The notes under the pieces were generated by a model. It had not been told where the DNA came from, made no database searches, and worked only from the letters and a program-made list of their open reading frames with translations. Made by a program: the position numbers and the translations under genes. A stretch of 59,270 nt of DNA from Perkinsela sp. CCAP 1560/9 (Eukaryota > Protista > Euglenozoa: Kinetoplastea). Shown piece after piece: positions 1 to 11,340 of the stretch. The stretch spans positions 1 through 59,270 of the forward strand of contig CBFFSA010000047.1 of the NCBI GenBank assembly GCA_965644495.1, written 5' to 3'. Numbering within the stretch: the stretch's first letter is position 1; every line of letters starts with the position of its first letter.

Positions 1-75
1 GGGGGGTCCAGGGGGGGTCCAGGGGGGGTCCAGGGGGGGTCCAGGGGGGGTCCAGAGGGGGTCCAGGGGGGGTCT
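1..75. repeat. G-rich tandem repeat (GGGGGGGTCCA)n, ~7 units
   Basis: 11-bp unit visible from base 1 and degenerating at ~70-85. Confidence 0.9.
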
Positions 76-83
76 AGGGGTAG

Positions 84-490
84 GGGCATACGTCATTTTT
101 TGAAATTTTCAAATCTTGATTTTCGAAATCGAGCGCGGGGAAGTGGTAGAGTAGGCCGCGGCGATGGCTCCCCATCCCTTCACCTGGGGGTACCCCCCCT
201 GGTGCGCGCAGGAGGGGTCCGACAAGGTCAAAAATTCCGAAAAATTTGGGATGACCAAAAAAAAGCTTTTTGCCCAAAAAGAAGCAAAAATACTATTTTT
301 CCAAAATCGACGCCTAAACCGTATTTGGAGAGTTTGGGACCTCAGCTACCATTCTACGACGTTTTTGTCGTCAGATTCGCCTCCTACCCCTATTCGTAAG
401 GCATCAAAACCAGCCCAAAATTGGGTAAAAAGTTCGCAAGTTTTGCCGAAAAATCGAGCATTTTCCCCCAAAAAAGTAGATTATTCATGA
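84..490. mobile_element. Dispersed repeat, probable transposon terminus
   Basis: GGGCATACGTCA...AAATCGAGCGC..GGAAGT.GTAG.GTA.GCCGCGGCGATG recurs, diverged, at ~14056-14140. Confidence 0.5.
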
Positions 491-514
491 TAATCTGGAG
501 ATTTTCCTTTTTTA

Positions 515-609
515 GGCTCTTCGTTAAACGAGGTGGTAGTTTTCAACGCGAAGCGCACAGCATGAGTGACTTCTAAGTTGAAAACAACCACCGCGTTTAA
601 CGAAGAACC
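515..609. mobile_element. ~95-bp palindromic MITE, copy 1
   Basis: ~33-bp imperfect TIRs (GGCTCTTCGTTAAACG...CGTTTAACGAAGAACC) flanked by TA; second copy at 41012-41106. Confidence 0.85.
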
Positions 610-619
610 TATTGTAATA

Positions 620-804
620 CTAATGGGAGGGGGGGGCTAAGTTTCATTTTATGATTTTTTTTGGAAAAAAGTATTTTACCTATTTTTAGAAAGTGACAGA
701 TAACTAGGTGGGGTAGTCGACGAAAAAAAAGAATCGAAGTCCCAAAAAGTGACAGATAACTAGGGGGGGGGGGTGACGTGTGACAGATAAATAAGGGGGT
801 ACAG
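620..804. mobile_element. MITE/Tc1-mariner end (TGACAGATAA...GGGGGTACAG|TA family)
   Basis: Repeated GACAGATAACTAGG subterminal motifs; reverse-complement end TA|CTGTACCCCCCCTAGTTATCTGTCA at 4534. Confidence 0.6.
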
Positions 805-1033
805 TAATTATGTTCACATGGAGATCCCTGTTGAAGATACCGAAGTCGATCGAACAATGCAATGTCTCAATAGTACTTTCTTTCTTCCTCTGTTAAAGGA
901 TGCTTCTCGTGCTTCCGATATCGATATCTGTAACGTCTATCGTGCTGATCTTCATCTCTCTTGGTGACGAATTTTCTAAGGCATACGATCGGTCTGACCT
1001 AAACACTGAATACATACATACGTACATAAAATT

Positions 1034-1828
1034 ATGGCCGAAGCACCATGTACGCTGATTGACGCTATATTACACTTTGTATCTATGGCAACGGAAGTCG
1101 ATTATACTTCCGACAGTCTTCTTGAACTACTCGGTCAACATGTCTCCCAGTTTTCTCAGGCGTACAAATTTATGCTTGACGTGAGCATTCTTCCAGACAT
1201 TTTGCACATTTCCACGTTTCTAGAAATTACCGACATTACAATGTCGTTTCACTATCGAAATTTTATACTTTTCGCACTTCGAGTAATGGCTTCAGTATTC
1301 GGTGTTCCTACTGTTGTGTACAGGCCGCACGTCAAACTCATTGACATCATTCCCCCTTTTCTAGTTGTCGATACTTTTCCCGTTACAGAACTCCATCTTT
1401 TCACGTTTATTGCGAACGGCGTCAGCAACTTGATACCAGCTACTTTTCGGAGTGAAATAAAGCTCCTTGCTCCTCAGCCCTTAAGCTCAATTCAGAATAC
1501 AACGCCCGCAGAAAAATTCTTGGTCACTAGTGATGCACCCGAGCCCCAAAGGTTTGGAATAGAAGAAGGCCGAGCTCTGGCCACTACGTACAAATGTGCC
1601 GCAGATTTATATCCGCGTAGAGCCCGTAGAGCGCATCACGTTTTAGCACCCTCGTGCACAGAGAAGATTAACCCGTCGGGGTCAGCTAGAAATAATTGGC
1701 CCAATGATGAGTATGAGGCATTTTTATCGAAGGTGCATCGTTGTCTAGAAACAGTGACGAAGAAAACGTCTGATAGGATCGTAACAGAGTGTGTTACATT
1801 TCGCGCCGCACAGATGGAAACGTTATGA
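1034..1828 (+). CDS. Hypothetical protein (264 aa), opposite strand to host genes, possibly TE-derived
   Basis: ORF length only; no recognised motif. Confidence 0.3.
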   Translation: MAEAPCTLIDAILHFVSMATEVDYTSDSLLELLGQHVSQFSQAYKFMLDVSILPDILHISTFLEITDITMSFHYRNFILFALRVMASVFGVPTVVYRPHVKLIDIIPPFLVVDTFPVTELHLFTFIANGVSNLIPATFRSEIKLLAPQPLSSIQNTTPAEKFLVTSDAPEPQRFGIEEGRALATTYKCAADLYPRRARRAHHVLAPSCTEKINPSGSARNNWPNDEYEAFLSKVHRCLETVTKKTSDRIVTECVTFRAAQMETL

Positions 1829-2429
1829 AAAGATATCCGAACTGCCAATCCCACTTTCACTTCGCGCACAGCTGCCTGTGGGGAATGGGGAAGTTTTCAA
1901 AATACACGCAAACTAGCTCTTGCCCTCGAAGAAGTCAAAAAAATGACATCGCAATTTAGATCCTAATGAAGCCCCTTCATATAAAGACCTAATGAGTTCC
2001 GCTGAGCGCGCTGGTGAGCAGAAGAAGCTCGAGCGCCTGCAATGATAAAAAGGTTATTTTTTTAGGTCTGATACCGTATTTGTCTGCTTTAGATTTTATT
2101 CGTATATTGGGTTTATTATTTATACAGATATTATCTTCTGTGAATACGAGCTTAAAGGAGTTTAGTTTACCTCTCGGGTTTTTTTACGCTGATTCCTTCG
2201 CCAAACATACGACAAAATTCGAGATCTATCGAATGCCGAAGGAATTAGGTAAAACGATCCCAAAAGTTAAGGGGGGAAAGTTATCTTTTAAGGGGTGTAT
2301 CATCCGCAACTCCTCACATGAATTCTCTTTCATAATTCATTACTATCGTGCATGCAAAATTCTTTTATGCGACGCCTCTCAATCAAGAAAGCACAAACGA
2401 ATACTCGTGTTCGCGACGATCTTTCGTAC

Positions 2430-3693
2430 TGCATGACTCTTTTGTAGAACAGACGGAAGTTTCTTCAATTCTAACGTACCTTCCAGAAGATTATTATTCG
2501 CCAAAAAAAGGTCGTTAAGAGTTGCAGGAAGACATGATAAGTCCACGAGTCCTTGAAACTCATTCGCGTTCATATAAACTTTATATGAGCCAAACCAAAC
2601 TTCTTTATAAGCCGCATAAAGTGCTCGGGAGTGATTGCAAATCGATTTTTCCTGTTAAATAATTCTCACTGATGTCTGTTTTATCATGCACTTATAGTGC
2701 AGAGATTTACTCACCATGTCCTTATCCCGCATACGACGGGTGGATCATGTGAGGTTTCGTCCTCGCCGGAGGTGTGCGGGTGCGGAGAGCTGGCGTCCCA
2801 GGTGCAGAGAGCTCGGTTGTCATGTGCAGGTGCAGAGAGCCGGATGCGTAATCCCCATATTACAGTTTCGGGGGCAATCCGGGTGCAGAGAGCTGCGACA
2901 GAGCCGAGGTGCGGAGAGCTGGGCGACCGCCAGGTGCAGAGAGCCGAGTCTCGTCGGCGGAGGACACGTCTAGTGGTCCTCAAGGGAGGCCACCGTGACG
3001 CATGGCCCTCTCGGAGAGGAAAAAGACAAGTCGAAAAAAGCCGAGAGGGGGAAGCACACTCACCCCAGGGGAGTGAGTCGGGGAGGGGTGAAGGGGTGAA
3101 AGCGCGTCCCCTGCTTCAGCGACAAGAGGGACAGTTCCGACCTTTTTAATTCAAATACAGATAATTCAATACAGATAATTTCAAATACAGATAATTCAAA
3201 TACATACTAGGTAACTTCGTAAGGCATATTTTGCCGGAAAATTCGTTGCTATCCATCCATGCGCCATACAAATTCACAGGCAGAGCTGTGAGGTCTGGAT
3301 TTCCTCTAAATGCATTCCCACTAATGAGCAAATGAGTGAGATCCATGAGAGGAGATAAATCGCTCAGAAATATTTCCCCTGAGAACAAATTGTTGTGAAT
3401 TTCCAAGCGAGTGATCGAGATTGGGATGTATGCAAAGTTGAAGGCCCTCCAAATATCGACAGAACCATTTTTTTTTGTAATTATCTGCTCTGAATTGCAC
3501 TCTATGCCATTCCATTTACAAGGCGCGATATCGGAACTCCAACTCTCATGTTGCGGATGTACGTCAACAATGAGGCGCTCAATATCCATTTCCTGTGGTA
3601 AACGTACGCCACGAATTTTGGCGTTGTTTTAGGGAATGGATTCGGGCAATCCATTTTCTCGTTGCGTAAAAAATATTGCAAAAAAGAAATCAA
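2430..3693 (-). pseudogene. LRR-family pseudogene interrupted by a SINE-like insertion
   Basis: PQEMDIERL..SW...PCKWNGIEC cap and LPxxLxxLxxxxN repeats; frame resumes as DISENYLTG after the 2677-3144 insert; extra frameshifts. Confidence 0.85.
2677..3144 (-). mobile_element. Non-autonomous retroelement (SINE/SIDE-like monomer A), 5'-truncated copy
   Basis: Nearly identical to 33307-33775; shares 5' and 3' stem-loops with the RT element; ends ...TGCATGATAAAACA on the minus strand. Confidence 0.85.
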
Positions 3694-3856
3694 ATCCTAA
3701 TAATTGATCTAGCTTCAATGTATTATTCGTAATTTTGTTCGACTACCAATAGAGGAAAGTTTTGCTTTTCACAGAATGTGTGTACATCGCCCCTCTTGTT
3801 CAACCTAGAGAGAAGCTCCTTATAGAGGGCATATCTTGAAGCTCATTATTATCATA

Positions 3857-4952
3857 CTGTCCTCCCCCACTTAAGCGCAACCAGGTTTTGGCCTAAAATT
3901 GCGCATAAGTAGCCGGGTCAAAAAAAAAGGGGTGAAAAAAAAAATTCGCGTCGCTTCGCGGCGCGTGTTTCAATCATGAGTTACGCGGGGTGCCCTCGGG
4001 GCTGCTTTTGTATACTATCCCCCCTATCCTAGCGTGGCTGGGTTGGGATGAAATGCAACGCTAGGAGGGGGGGCAAAAACTGGGGACGAAGAATTGCTAA
4101 GCCGAAGATGTTGTGGGATTACTGAGGAACATTTTCAAAAAAATCGCTGTTCACGGTACATTTTTACCATAGCTTCGCGGCAAGAGACAGTCTAAAAAGC
4201 AACACTGGCCCCCTGGGTGCCATGGGGGGGGCTGCTTTTAATATACTATCTCCCCTATCCTAGCGTGGCTTTGTCGGGATGAAATGCAACGCTAGGAGGG
4301 GGGGCAAAAACTGGGGCCGAAGAATTGCTAAGTCGAAGATGTTGTGGGATTACTGAGGAACAGTTTCAAAAAAATCGCTGTTCAGGGTAGGTTTTTACCA
4401 TAGCTTCACGGCAAGAGACACAAAAAGCAACACTAAAGCAACAGACACAAAAGCAACAGACACAAAAGCAACTGGCACAAAAGCAACACTAATGGGGGGC
4501 TACCGAGGCAACGCTAGGATAGGGGGGATAGTACTGTACCCCCCCTAGTTATCTGTCAAAACTTTTCGTGGAAAGGTGACAGATAACTAGGGGGGGGTAA
4601 GTTTCGTTTTAAGATTTTTTTTGGAAAGCAATAGCTAAGACAAAAGCGTACAGTACGTGGCAGGAGCGTTCCTCTGATGTACAGTACAGTATAGTATGCA
4701 AAGACTCGCCGTACAGATCGGTGGAGGTCAGTGTGGATCAGAGGAGATCGCTGGAGATCGATGAAGATCATTTTTGAACGTCCAAAGGGACTACCTGCAG
4801 ACTTTCCATTTCAATAGCGGCGAAAATTGGTACAAAAATTCGTACCACGAAAAAAAAACGCGCCGCTTTGCGGCGCTGTTCTTCTGAACGATGCGTCAAT
4901 ATTGCGCTTAAGTGGCCGGGTCAAACGGTTGCGCATAAGTAGGGGGGGACAG
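3857..4952. mobile_element. Non-autonomous Tc1/mariner-type element containing nested MITEs
   Basis: TA|CTGTCCTCCCCCACTTAAGCGCAACC ... GGTTGCGCATAAGTAGGGGGGGACAG|TA TIRs. Confidence 0.75.
4015..4531. mobile_element. Nested MITE with tandemly duplicated left end
   Basis: TIR CTATCCCCCCTATCCTAGCGT at 4015 and 4246, reverse complement ending at 4531, TA flanks; ~200-bp direct duplication. Confidence 0.75.
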
Positions 4953-4993
4953 TAAGTATCCAAGATAACTTATCCCTCCATTAGAGGAACAAC

Positions 4994-5716
4994 TTACTTC
5001 TTCGTATTTTGCTCTATTAAGGAATTACCACTGAGATTAATTTTATTCAAGTGGATCGGAAGCATCGACAAATCAACGAGACCGCACAGTTTATTATTAT
5101 GTAAGTACAATATACGCAGTTGGGTCGGGAGTGACCGCAAGTCAAGACTTCCTGCTAATAAATTGTCACTGAGATCAAGATACCACAGGGTAGGGGGCAA
5201 CTGTGTGAGGCATATCTCTCCTGAAAGTTTGTTTCCTTCCATCCACAACGAAACCATTCTCTTAGGCAAAGCCGTAAAATCCGGATTTCCGGTAAATTCA
5301 TTTTTACCCATAATTAAATCATTAAGGTGAGTAATGGAAGATAACTCACAAAGCTTTACCTCCCCTTTTATCGTATTTTCCTCAATATCAAAGCCTTTAA
5401 CCGTTTCAGGAACAAACACAAAATTTAATGACCCCATCAGCTTCATACGGCTCCATCGTATTTCTGAAACGTTTTCATCCGGGTTGCACATGATGCCTTG
5501 TCATTTACATGCGGGTGTCTGTGAACTCCAAGTGCGCTCTCGTGTGATTATATCACGAGTGAGACGCTCCAGATCCATTTCTTGCGGTACTTTTAGACCA
5601 CGTACCTTTGCAAGACGCATCTTACGTGCCGGATACTCCATTGTGTGGCAGAAACAATCTATGGAATGTAAAAAGAGTAAGAAAATCAAATAAAAAAACG
5701 AAAGCTCACACCACAT
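4994..5716 (-). pseudogene. LRR-family gene, frameshifted near 5500
   Basis: ORFs 5501-5716 (KVRGLKVPQEMDLERL..SQTPACK) and 4994-5491 (LRR repeats) are contiguous halves. Confidence 0.85.
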
Positions 5717-5984
5717 GTGTTTTTGTTGAATGTATTACAAACGGTGTGCTTCCAACGACAAACGGACAAAGTAGTTTACTGGTGAATAGAAGAGCGCGAC
5801 AAGGGAATGCCGCTTTCAAAGATGGTGCAATTGTAAATTTGCACATTTCCTCCACAAGTTTACACATTTAACGGAGAGAGAATAAACCGAGTTTCGGTTT
5901 TAAAAGTTTAAAAAAGTTATATTTAACGGAGTATGTATAATTTGTACTCCATTAAATACAGTTTGAAATATAGTTTGAAAAGCC

Positions 5985-6387
5985 CCACAATCATGCTAGC
6001 CTCGACGGTGCCATTAAAAATGGCTTATCAGATTCTAAAACGTCCCCAAGCAAAACGTGAAGTGTGCACCACAATTGATTCAGTCCCACATAGACTTCAA
6101 AAAGTGTTGCAAAACAATAGGCGCCATTTCGGATGCTAGTTCTTTGCCTTCAGAGTTAACCTTTGACGAATTCCTTTTTTTGGTCCATTTTATATAGGTA
6201 AAAAAATTGCTGTTTTTTGATTTTGGTCAACTTTCGGGCCGCCCAGGGGGCACGAGGGGGTCTATATGAAAAAGAGGCGACAAAGCTCTTCGCTAGGGGA
6301 ATGAGATCTCTCCAACGCTGCAAAAATGAGAAAAAAACGGAGAAAAAAAAATCCGCGGAGGGGGAGCAAGATCAACGGAAACCACTG
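5985..6387. mobile_element. Tc1-like transposon end, diverged copy at ~15470-15984
   Basis: Colinear similarity ending GCAAGATCAAC.GAAACCACTG|TA in both copies. Confidence 0.65.
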
Positions 6388-6691
6388 TATAATACTGTAC
6401 CCCCTGTGTAGGCGAATCTCACTCTGATTCGTCTTCTTTTCGTAAATGTAAGTTTCGCTTCTTTTCTCGGAAGTCGTTCACTCGGTCCGTTCATGGTTGA
6501 AACGGGCAGTGAAGGACGAAATGCACGAACTACGCTTACAAGCTTAAAAACGTTTTACAAAACTTCTTTCACAAAAAGACAGCCATTACATATTAAGCTC
6601 TCACTTCCATAGGCCTCCCTATGAGATGTTTGAAATCTTTTCAAATGCGGAGAACATTCTTTCCTTTAGCGTACAACGTTCATCATACACG

Positions 6692-7318
6692 TTACATCAG
6701 TCTGCAATATTTCGATTCCACGATGCCCGTGTTATGATAAAAAAAGCCTTTCCCTAATCCAACTGGAAGGGCTTCACGATGAAAGCGTCCGACAAGCTTA
6801 TGATTTCCTAAAATAGAAAAATAAGAAAGTTCACTAGGGAGTGAAGAGAGGCACACATTCCCCTCGAATTGGTTACAACTTAAATCGAGGCGAACTATCG
6901 TACTTGGTAATTTGCCGAGACTTAACTTACCCGTGAGCTGATTGTAATCTACCAGAAAAACAATTAACGTTGGTGGCAGATCTTGCAATGGGAGAAAACC
7001 CGTCAACGCATTTTCGGACAAGTAAATAGTCTCCAGAGTCTGCGGTAGGTGAACCCATTTGGGCGGACCTCGTAGGCTCAAACCTTTCCATGACAGTGAA
7101 GTCACTTCTCCATCGGTGTTACAATCCACTCCTCCCCATAAACATGCCGATTTTTCGATACTCCATGATCCCAGGGCGTTCTGAACTTCCTGCAGGAAAC
7201 GGGTTAGAAGGCATTCTGGTGGCAGCCCTGCGGCACGTACTCTTCCCAAACGACAACCAGAGTGAGGAGTGTCAGCTGTCAAAATGAAAATTGAATCGTT
7301 CATAAGAAACATTACCAT
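6692..7318 (-). CDS. LRR-family protein (208 aa)
   Basis: SW...ACLWGGVDC cap plus LPxTLxxxxLxxNxLTG repeats. Confidence 0.9.
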   Translation of the reverse strand: MVMFLMNDSIFILTADTPHSGCRLGRVRAAGLPPECLLTRFLQEVQNALGSWSIEKSACLWGGVDCNTDGEVTSLSWKGLSLRGPPKWVHLPQTLETIYLSENALTGFLPLQDLPPTLIVFLVDYNQLTGKLSLGKLPSTIVRLDLSCNQFEGNVCLSSLPSELSYFSILGNHKLVGRFHREALPVGLGKGFFYHNTGIVESKYCRLM

Positions 7319-7472
7319 TTTCTGATTCAGAAAATAAAGAGTTCAGCTTTCTGGAAGAGTCCTTTCTGAAGAGATATTTCATTGTATTACATGTACTGAT
7401 ACTACACGTAGGGACTGCATGTAAGGGGCTGCGGAAATAGTACAACAAAGTAAAACTATTCACAAGTAAGTA

Positions 7473-8783
7473 TAAACCCCTGGCCAAAATAAGGCACCCC
7501 CCTCTAAAAATTCGATGCTTTGTTTGTTTGAGCTAATTTCAATGGCATTTTGCAGATCTCAATTCGGGATTTATGTCCTCCCACACTTGGTCACTAGTCC
7601 TATAGCTATATATAAAGTGGAAACTATTTACCACTTTTTTACCTTTTCGCCACCTAGTTCGACGCAGGCCTTCAGTCTACGATCGAAACTTAAGATGGTA
7701 TCATTTATCATCTCAGTCGGTAAAGAACTCCATGTGTTTAGAATACACCTTTGCAGTTCGGAAACTGTAGATGGTGGCTTTTCATTTACGTCTTGTACCA
7801 TTGACCATATGTTTTCAATGGGAGAAAGATCGGGAGAATTTGGGGGCCAATTTTTTAGTAGATTAATTTTTCGTTTGTTCAGGTAATTTATGGTGGCCTT
7901 GGCCGTATGAGCGGTGGCACCATCTTGTTGAAATATTCTTTTGTATGTATGTTTCGTGGGTAATAGAGGTCCTGCTGGATAAAATTTTTAAGCATCTCCA
8001 GTTAATTCCTATAACACCCCACACCTGACACTTAGGCGCCCAGCGCACCTTTAGTCTCTTTGCAGGGGTCTCTCCTTTTTTTACCCACATTTTCATTCGA
8101 TTATCGTTTGTATCAAATACCTTCTCATCTGAGAATATCAATTTCGATGTGTCCTCTTTGTAATTTAAAGAAAACTGTACGCGTTTTTCTTTTTGTACAG
8201 CGGTGAGCCCTTGTGAAATTGGGCGTGGCCTATATTGATGCCCTGCTTGCCTCAAATCTCGACGAACAGTTCGAGGGCTTGCAGTAACACCCTTTCTGCA
8301 CAAAACAATAGAAATACGCTTTGAACTGTTGTACTTTGGCACCCCTGCCGCATCTTTCTTAGAAATAATGGTTTCAATCCCTTTTTTACGAGACTTTATT
8401 TTTTTTTCTGTGGGGATTTCTTTAGGCTTTTTTTCGTCTCAATTTTGGGGTGATCACGGAGGCATTTTCGAATGTATTTCACGCTTACATTCAATTCACG
8501 TGCTATTCGTTTCTTTGGGATGCCATCTTGAAACCTTAAAAGCATGAGTTCCTTCCCCAGGGGGCTGAGGCCACCTTTCGGAGGCCTGCGGAATGATTTT
8601 TTCATAAATCGACCCCAATGTTAAAGTGGTAAAATATTTTTTTATTTTTTTATTTTTCATGAGCTAAAAACAGCGGGAACGTACAGATCTCAAAATTTTG
8701 AACGAAAACATGGTATGATAACCCTACCATACCCCCTCATGCAAAAAATAAGGGGGGGTGCCTTATTGGTGGCCAGGGGTTTA
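7473..8783 (-). mobile_element. Tc1/mariner (DD34E-type) transposon with frameshifted transposase
   Basis: TIRs TAAACCCCTGGCCA..AATAAGGCACCCCC with TA flanks; HTH (KRIARELNVS), TVRR.L, IFSDEK, QQDGATAH and WPPNSPDLSPIENIW on the minus strand. Confidence 0.93.
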
Positions 8784-8814
8784 TAATAAGTAAAAATATA
8801 TATTTAATAACCTA

Positions 8815-9123
8815 CTGTGACCCCCCCTTTACACTTCTCCCATTTTGAGCAATAACGAAGTATAAAGGGGGGTCTGAATTTTTTCCCCGCTGTGAAAAAA
8901 GGCCGCGCCGCTTCCCGGCGCGGCTCATCCAGTTTTCCTGTCTTTCCTTCTATATCACCTTCCATTTCTAGGAAGATTTAGAACGTTCTTGTTTTTTTCC
9001 AATTTTTAAAAAAAAAAATTTAAAAAATTTAAAAAACAGTCGTTCCCCCTTCGGGAGGGCACACGAAAAAAGAAGCATAGGGGGGGTCTGACCAGTGAAG
9101 TATAAAGCGGGGGGGGGTCATAG
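8815..9123. mobile_element. MITE (TA|CTGTGACCCCCCC...GGGGGGTCATAG|TA)
   Basis: Imperfect TIRs, TA flanks, internal GC hairpin at 8902-8924. Confidence 0.75.
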
Positions 9124-9180
9124 TAAATTAATATTTAATAATTTAATAAGTAAAAATACATAAGTAAATAATAAGTAAAT

Positions 9181-9909
9181 CTATTCATATATCACAATTT
9201 TCGTCTCCAAGAAGGATTGTGCAATTTGGAACTTTCCTCCAAGTTTAGGAGGCATTTTATCCAATATTACTCTACCTTCTAGGAGTTTGTTATCTCCCAA
9301 CTTGAGTGTAGAAAGATTTTCCGGGAGGTACGACAAGTCCACGCTTCCAACAAAATTATTTCCCTTCAGATACAAGCTTACTAGAGTAGCGGGAAGAGAC
9401 CGCAGGTCAATTGTCCCCGTCAAAAAATTGCTGCTGACGTCAAGGTATTTTAGACCAGGAGGCAATTGAGTAAGACACACGTCCCCTGATAATCTGTTAC
9501 TTTCCATCCATGCTGAAGTCATACGTCCGGGGAAAACAGTAAGATCTGGATTTCCTGTAAAAAGATTCCCACCGAGAAACAAACCAGCAAGATTTGAAAG
9601 CGGGGAGAGGTCACAAAGGTCGGTTCGTTCTCCAGACAGCGAGTTTTCTTCAATGTCAAACTCCGTAACGGAGCTCGGAATATGCACGAGCTTCAAGGAC
9701 CCACTCAGCTCTTCATGGTCCCATACTATTTCTGTGACCAGCATATCAGCGCTGCATGCTATACCTTTCCATTCACAAGCAGGTGTCAGTGAACTCCAAC
9801 TTTGGTGTTGCGGGTATATTCCACTAATGAGTCGTTCCATCCCCATCTCTTGCGGTAGATTTGAGCCAGAGACCTTGGCCGCACGCGACTTGTGTCTCAC
9901 GGAATCCAT
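9181..9909 (-). CDS. LRR-family protein (242 aa)
   Basis: LPQEMGMERL..SWSSLTPACEWKGIAC cap plus LRR repeats. Confidence 0.92.
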   Translation of the reverse strand: MDSVRHKSRAAKVSGSNLPQEMGMERLISGIYPQHQSWSSLTPACEWKGIACSADMLVTEIVWDHEELSGSLKLVHIPSSVTEFDIEENSLSGERTDLCDLSPLSNLAGLFLGGNLFTGNPDLTVFPGRMTSAWMESNRLSGDVCLTQLPPGLKYLDVSSNFLTGTIDLRSLPATLVSLYLKGNNFVGSVDLSYLPENLSTLKLGDNKLLEGRVILDKMPPKLGGKFQIAQSFLETKIVIYE

Positions 9910-10354
9910 TGTAAAGTTCTACGAAATGGAGAAGAACAATTGTGAGAAAAAAAACTTCCTATTGTAGGTCCGGGGTCTCCTTTAACCCTGCTAAACCGGC
10001 CCAAATCCCGGGGGCTATGTAAACAAATACATAGAAAGGTGATTGAAGGATTTGTAACTTTATAAAAAGTGTAGGATGGAAAATTGTTTAGGGGTCCGAA
10101 AAACTTCAAAAACTATAGATATAGGACTTTATAGTACTATAATCTTTTTTTTGCTATATATTGACAAACTATATTAAATACAGAAAAATATTATTTTTCA
10201 CCGGAAGTTTGCGATTATCGAAGAGTGACAGAACATCTTTAATTAATTTTCTCTTGTTCAGTAAAATGTAAACCTTAGTGGTGTATTGCCTCAAATCTAA
10301 TCTTTTTGTGTCTATAGAGCTTCAAATCTTATTTTTCAGACCAAGTAGCCCAAT

Positions 10355-11340
10355 ATGGGAAACAACAAATTCAATGATGAGTCCCGAGATGCTTTCGTAT
10401 CATCACATTTCGCACCTGTTGCTGGGCAGGGAAAAAAATTGAGTGCCAAGTTTGCTCCGAAGGGTCGCGAAAAGCTTTCTTATGTGAGAAGGGTATACGG
10501 TCGTCGTATACCGATCCTCTCTCGCATTTAACAAATTCCCACAAGGTTGCTTTTGATGAGTGGAAAAGCGAAACGAGAAATAAAAAGAGGCTCTCCGAAC
10601 AAACTTTGAAAGGTTTTACTACGGGTCCAAACTTACAAAGTATGAAACGACTGATAAGATGGAAATGCAAGCATGGTGTTTCTAATGCGAGCCTACAAGA
10701 TGAAGATTTTAATTGGATGGTGACGAAAGGACTTGTTTCAGTTCCTAGTGAGCCTACCATGAATAATCTCATTTTACAATATGCTCAAGAATGTCGTACA
10801 GAGTTTTGCAGGTCAAACATAGGTTGCAAGCATTGCAATTGATGGGGAGACGTTTTGTAAGCTTCTTGTTCAGTTTGTATTGTGAGCGCGGAAACGTCGT
10901 TTCCGTGGAGCATAAAAGAGCTGCCTCCCGTCCGAGATGCCGACGCGTACAAAGAGTTAATAGTCACAATCATCTCAGAACTACAGGAGCAACGCGTATG
11001 CATCACCCATGTAGTTTCTGGTGGTGACTACACAATTCGGAAAGCGCTCCGATTGGCATGCAAGGAAACAGCAACAGTTGAAACTGTGTGTGTTGCACAC
11101 GCACTCCAACTTTCAATGAATCCAATTTTCTTCTTGGAGAAAACTTCCGATGTAACAGCTCTGGCGGAGGATTGTTCGGTCTGGCGAACACCCGTTTGAA
11201 CACGGTGGTGGTCCGTTGTAACCGAAGTACAGCGGGCACTAAAGTGCGCCGCATGGGAAAATCATGTAGCCGAAGGAACCTTACAAACTTTGTTGGATGT
11301 CATGATTTCCTTCCAAAAAGTGGGAAGGTTGTTTGAACGA
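10355..11340 (+). pseudogene. hAT-superfamily transposase remnant
   Basis: N-terminal BED-like finger (CQVC...HLTNSH), CVAHALQL (hAT CxxH motif), TRLNT resembling TRWNS; multiple frameshifts. Confidence 0.75.

Noticed and set aside
2750-2772. Hammerhead ribozyme (GAGGACGAAAC on the minus strand)
   Set aside because: No CUGANGA core at a compatible distance.
2697-3149. 150-aa and 133-aa plus-strand ORFs in the SINE copies (also 33306-33707)
   Set aside because: The frame differs between copies at an A run, there are no motifs, and the conservation is better explained by RNA structure.
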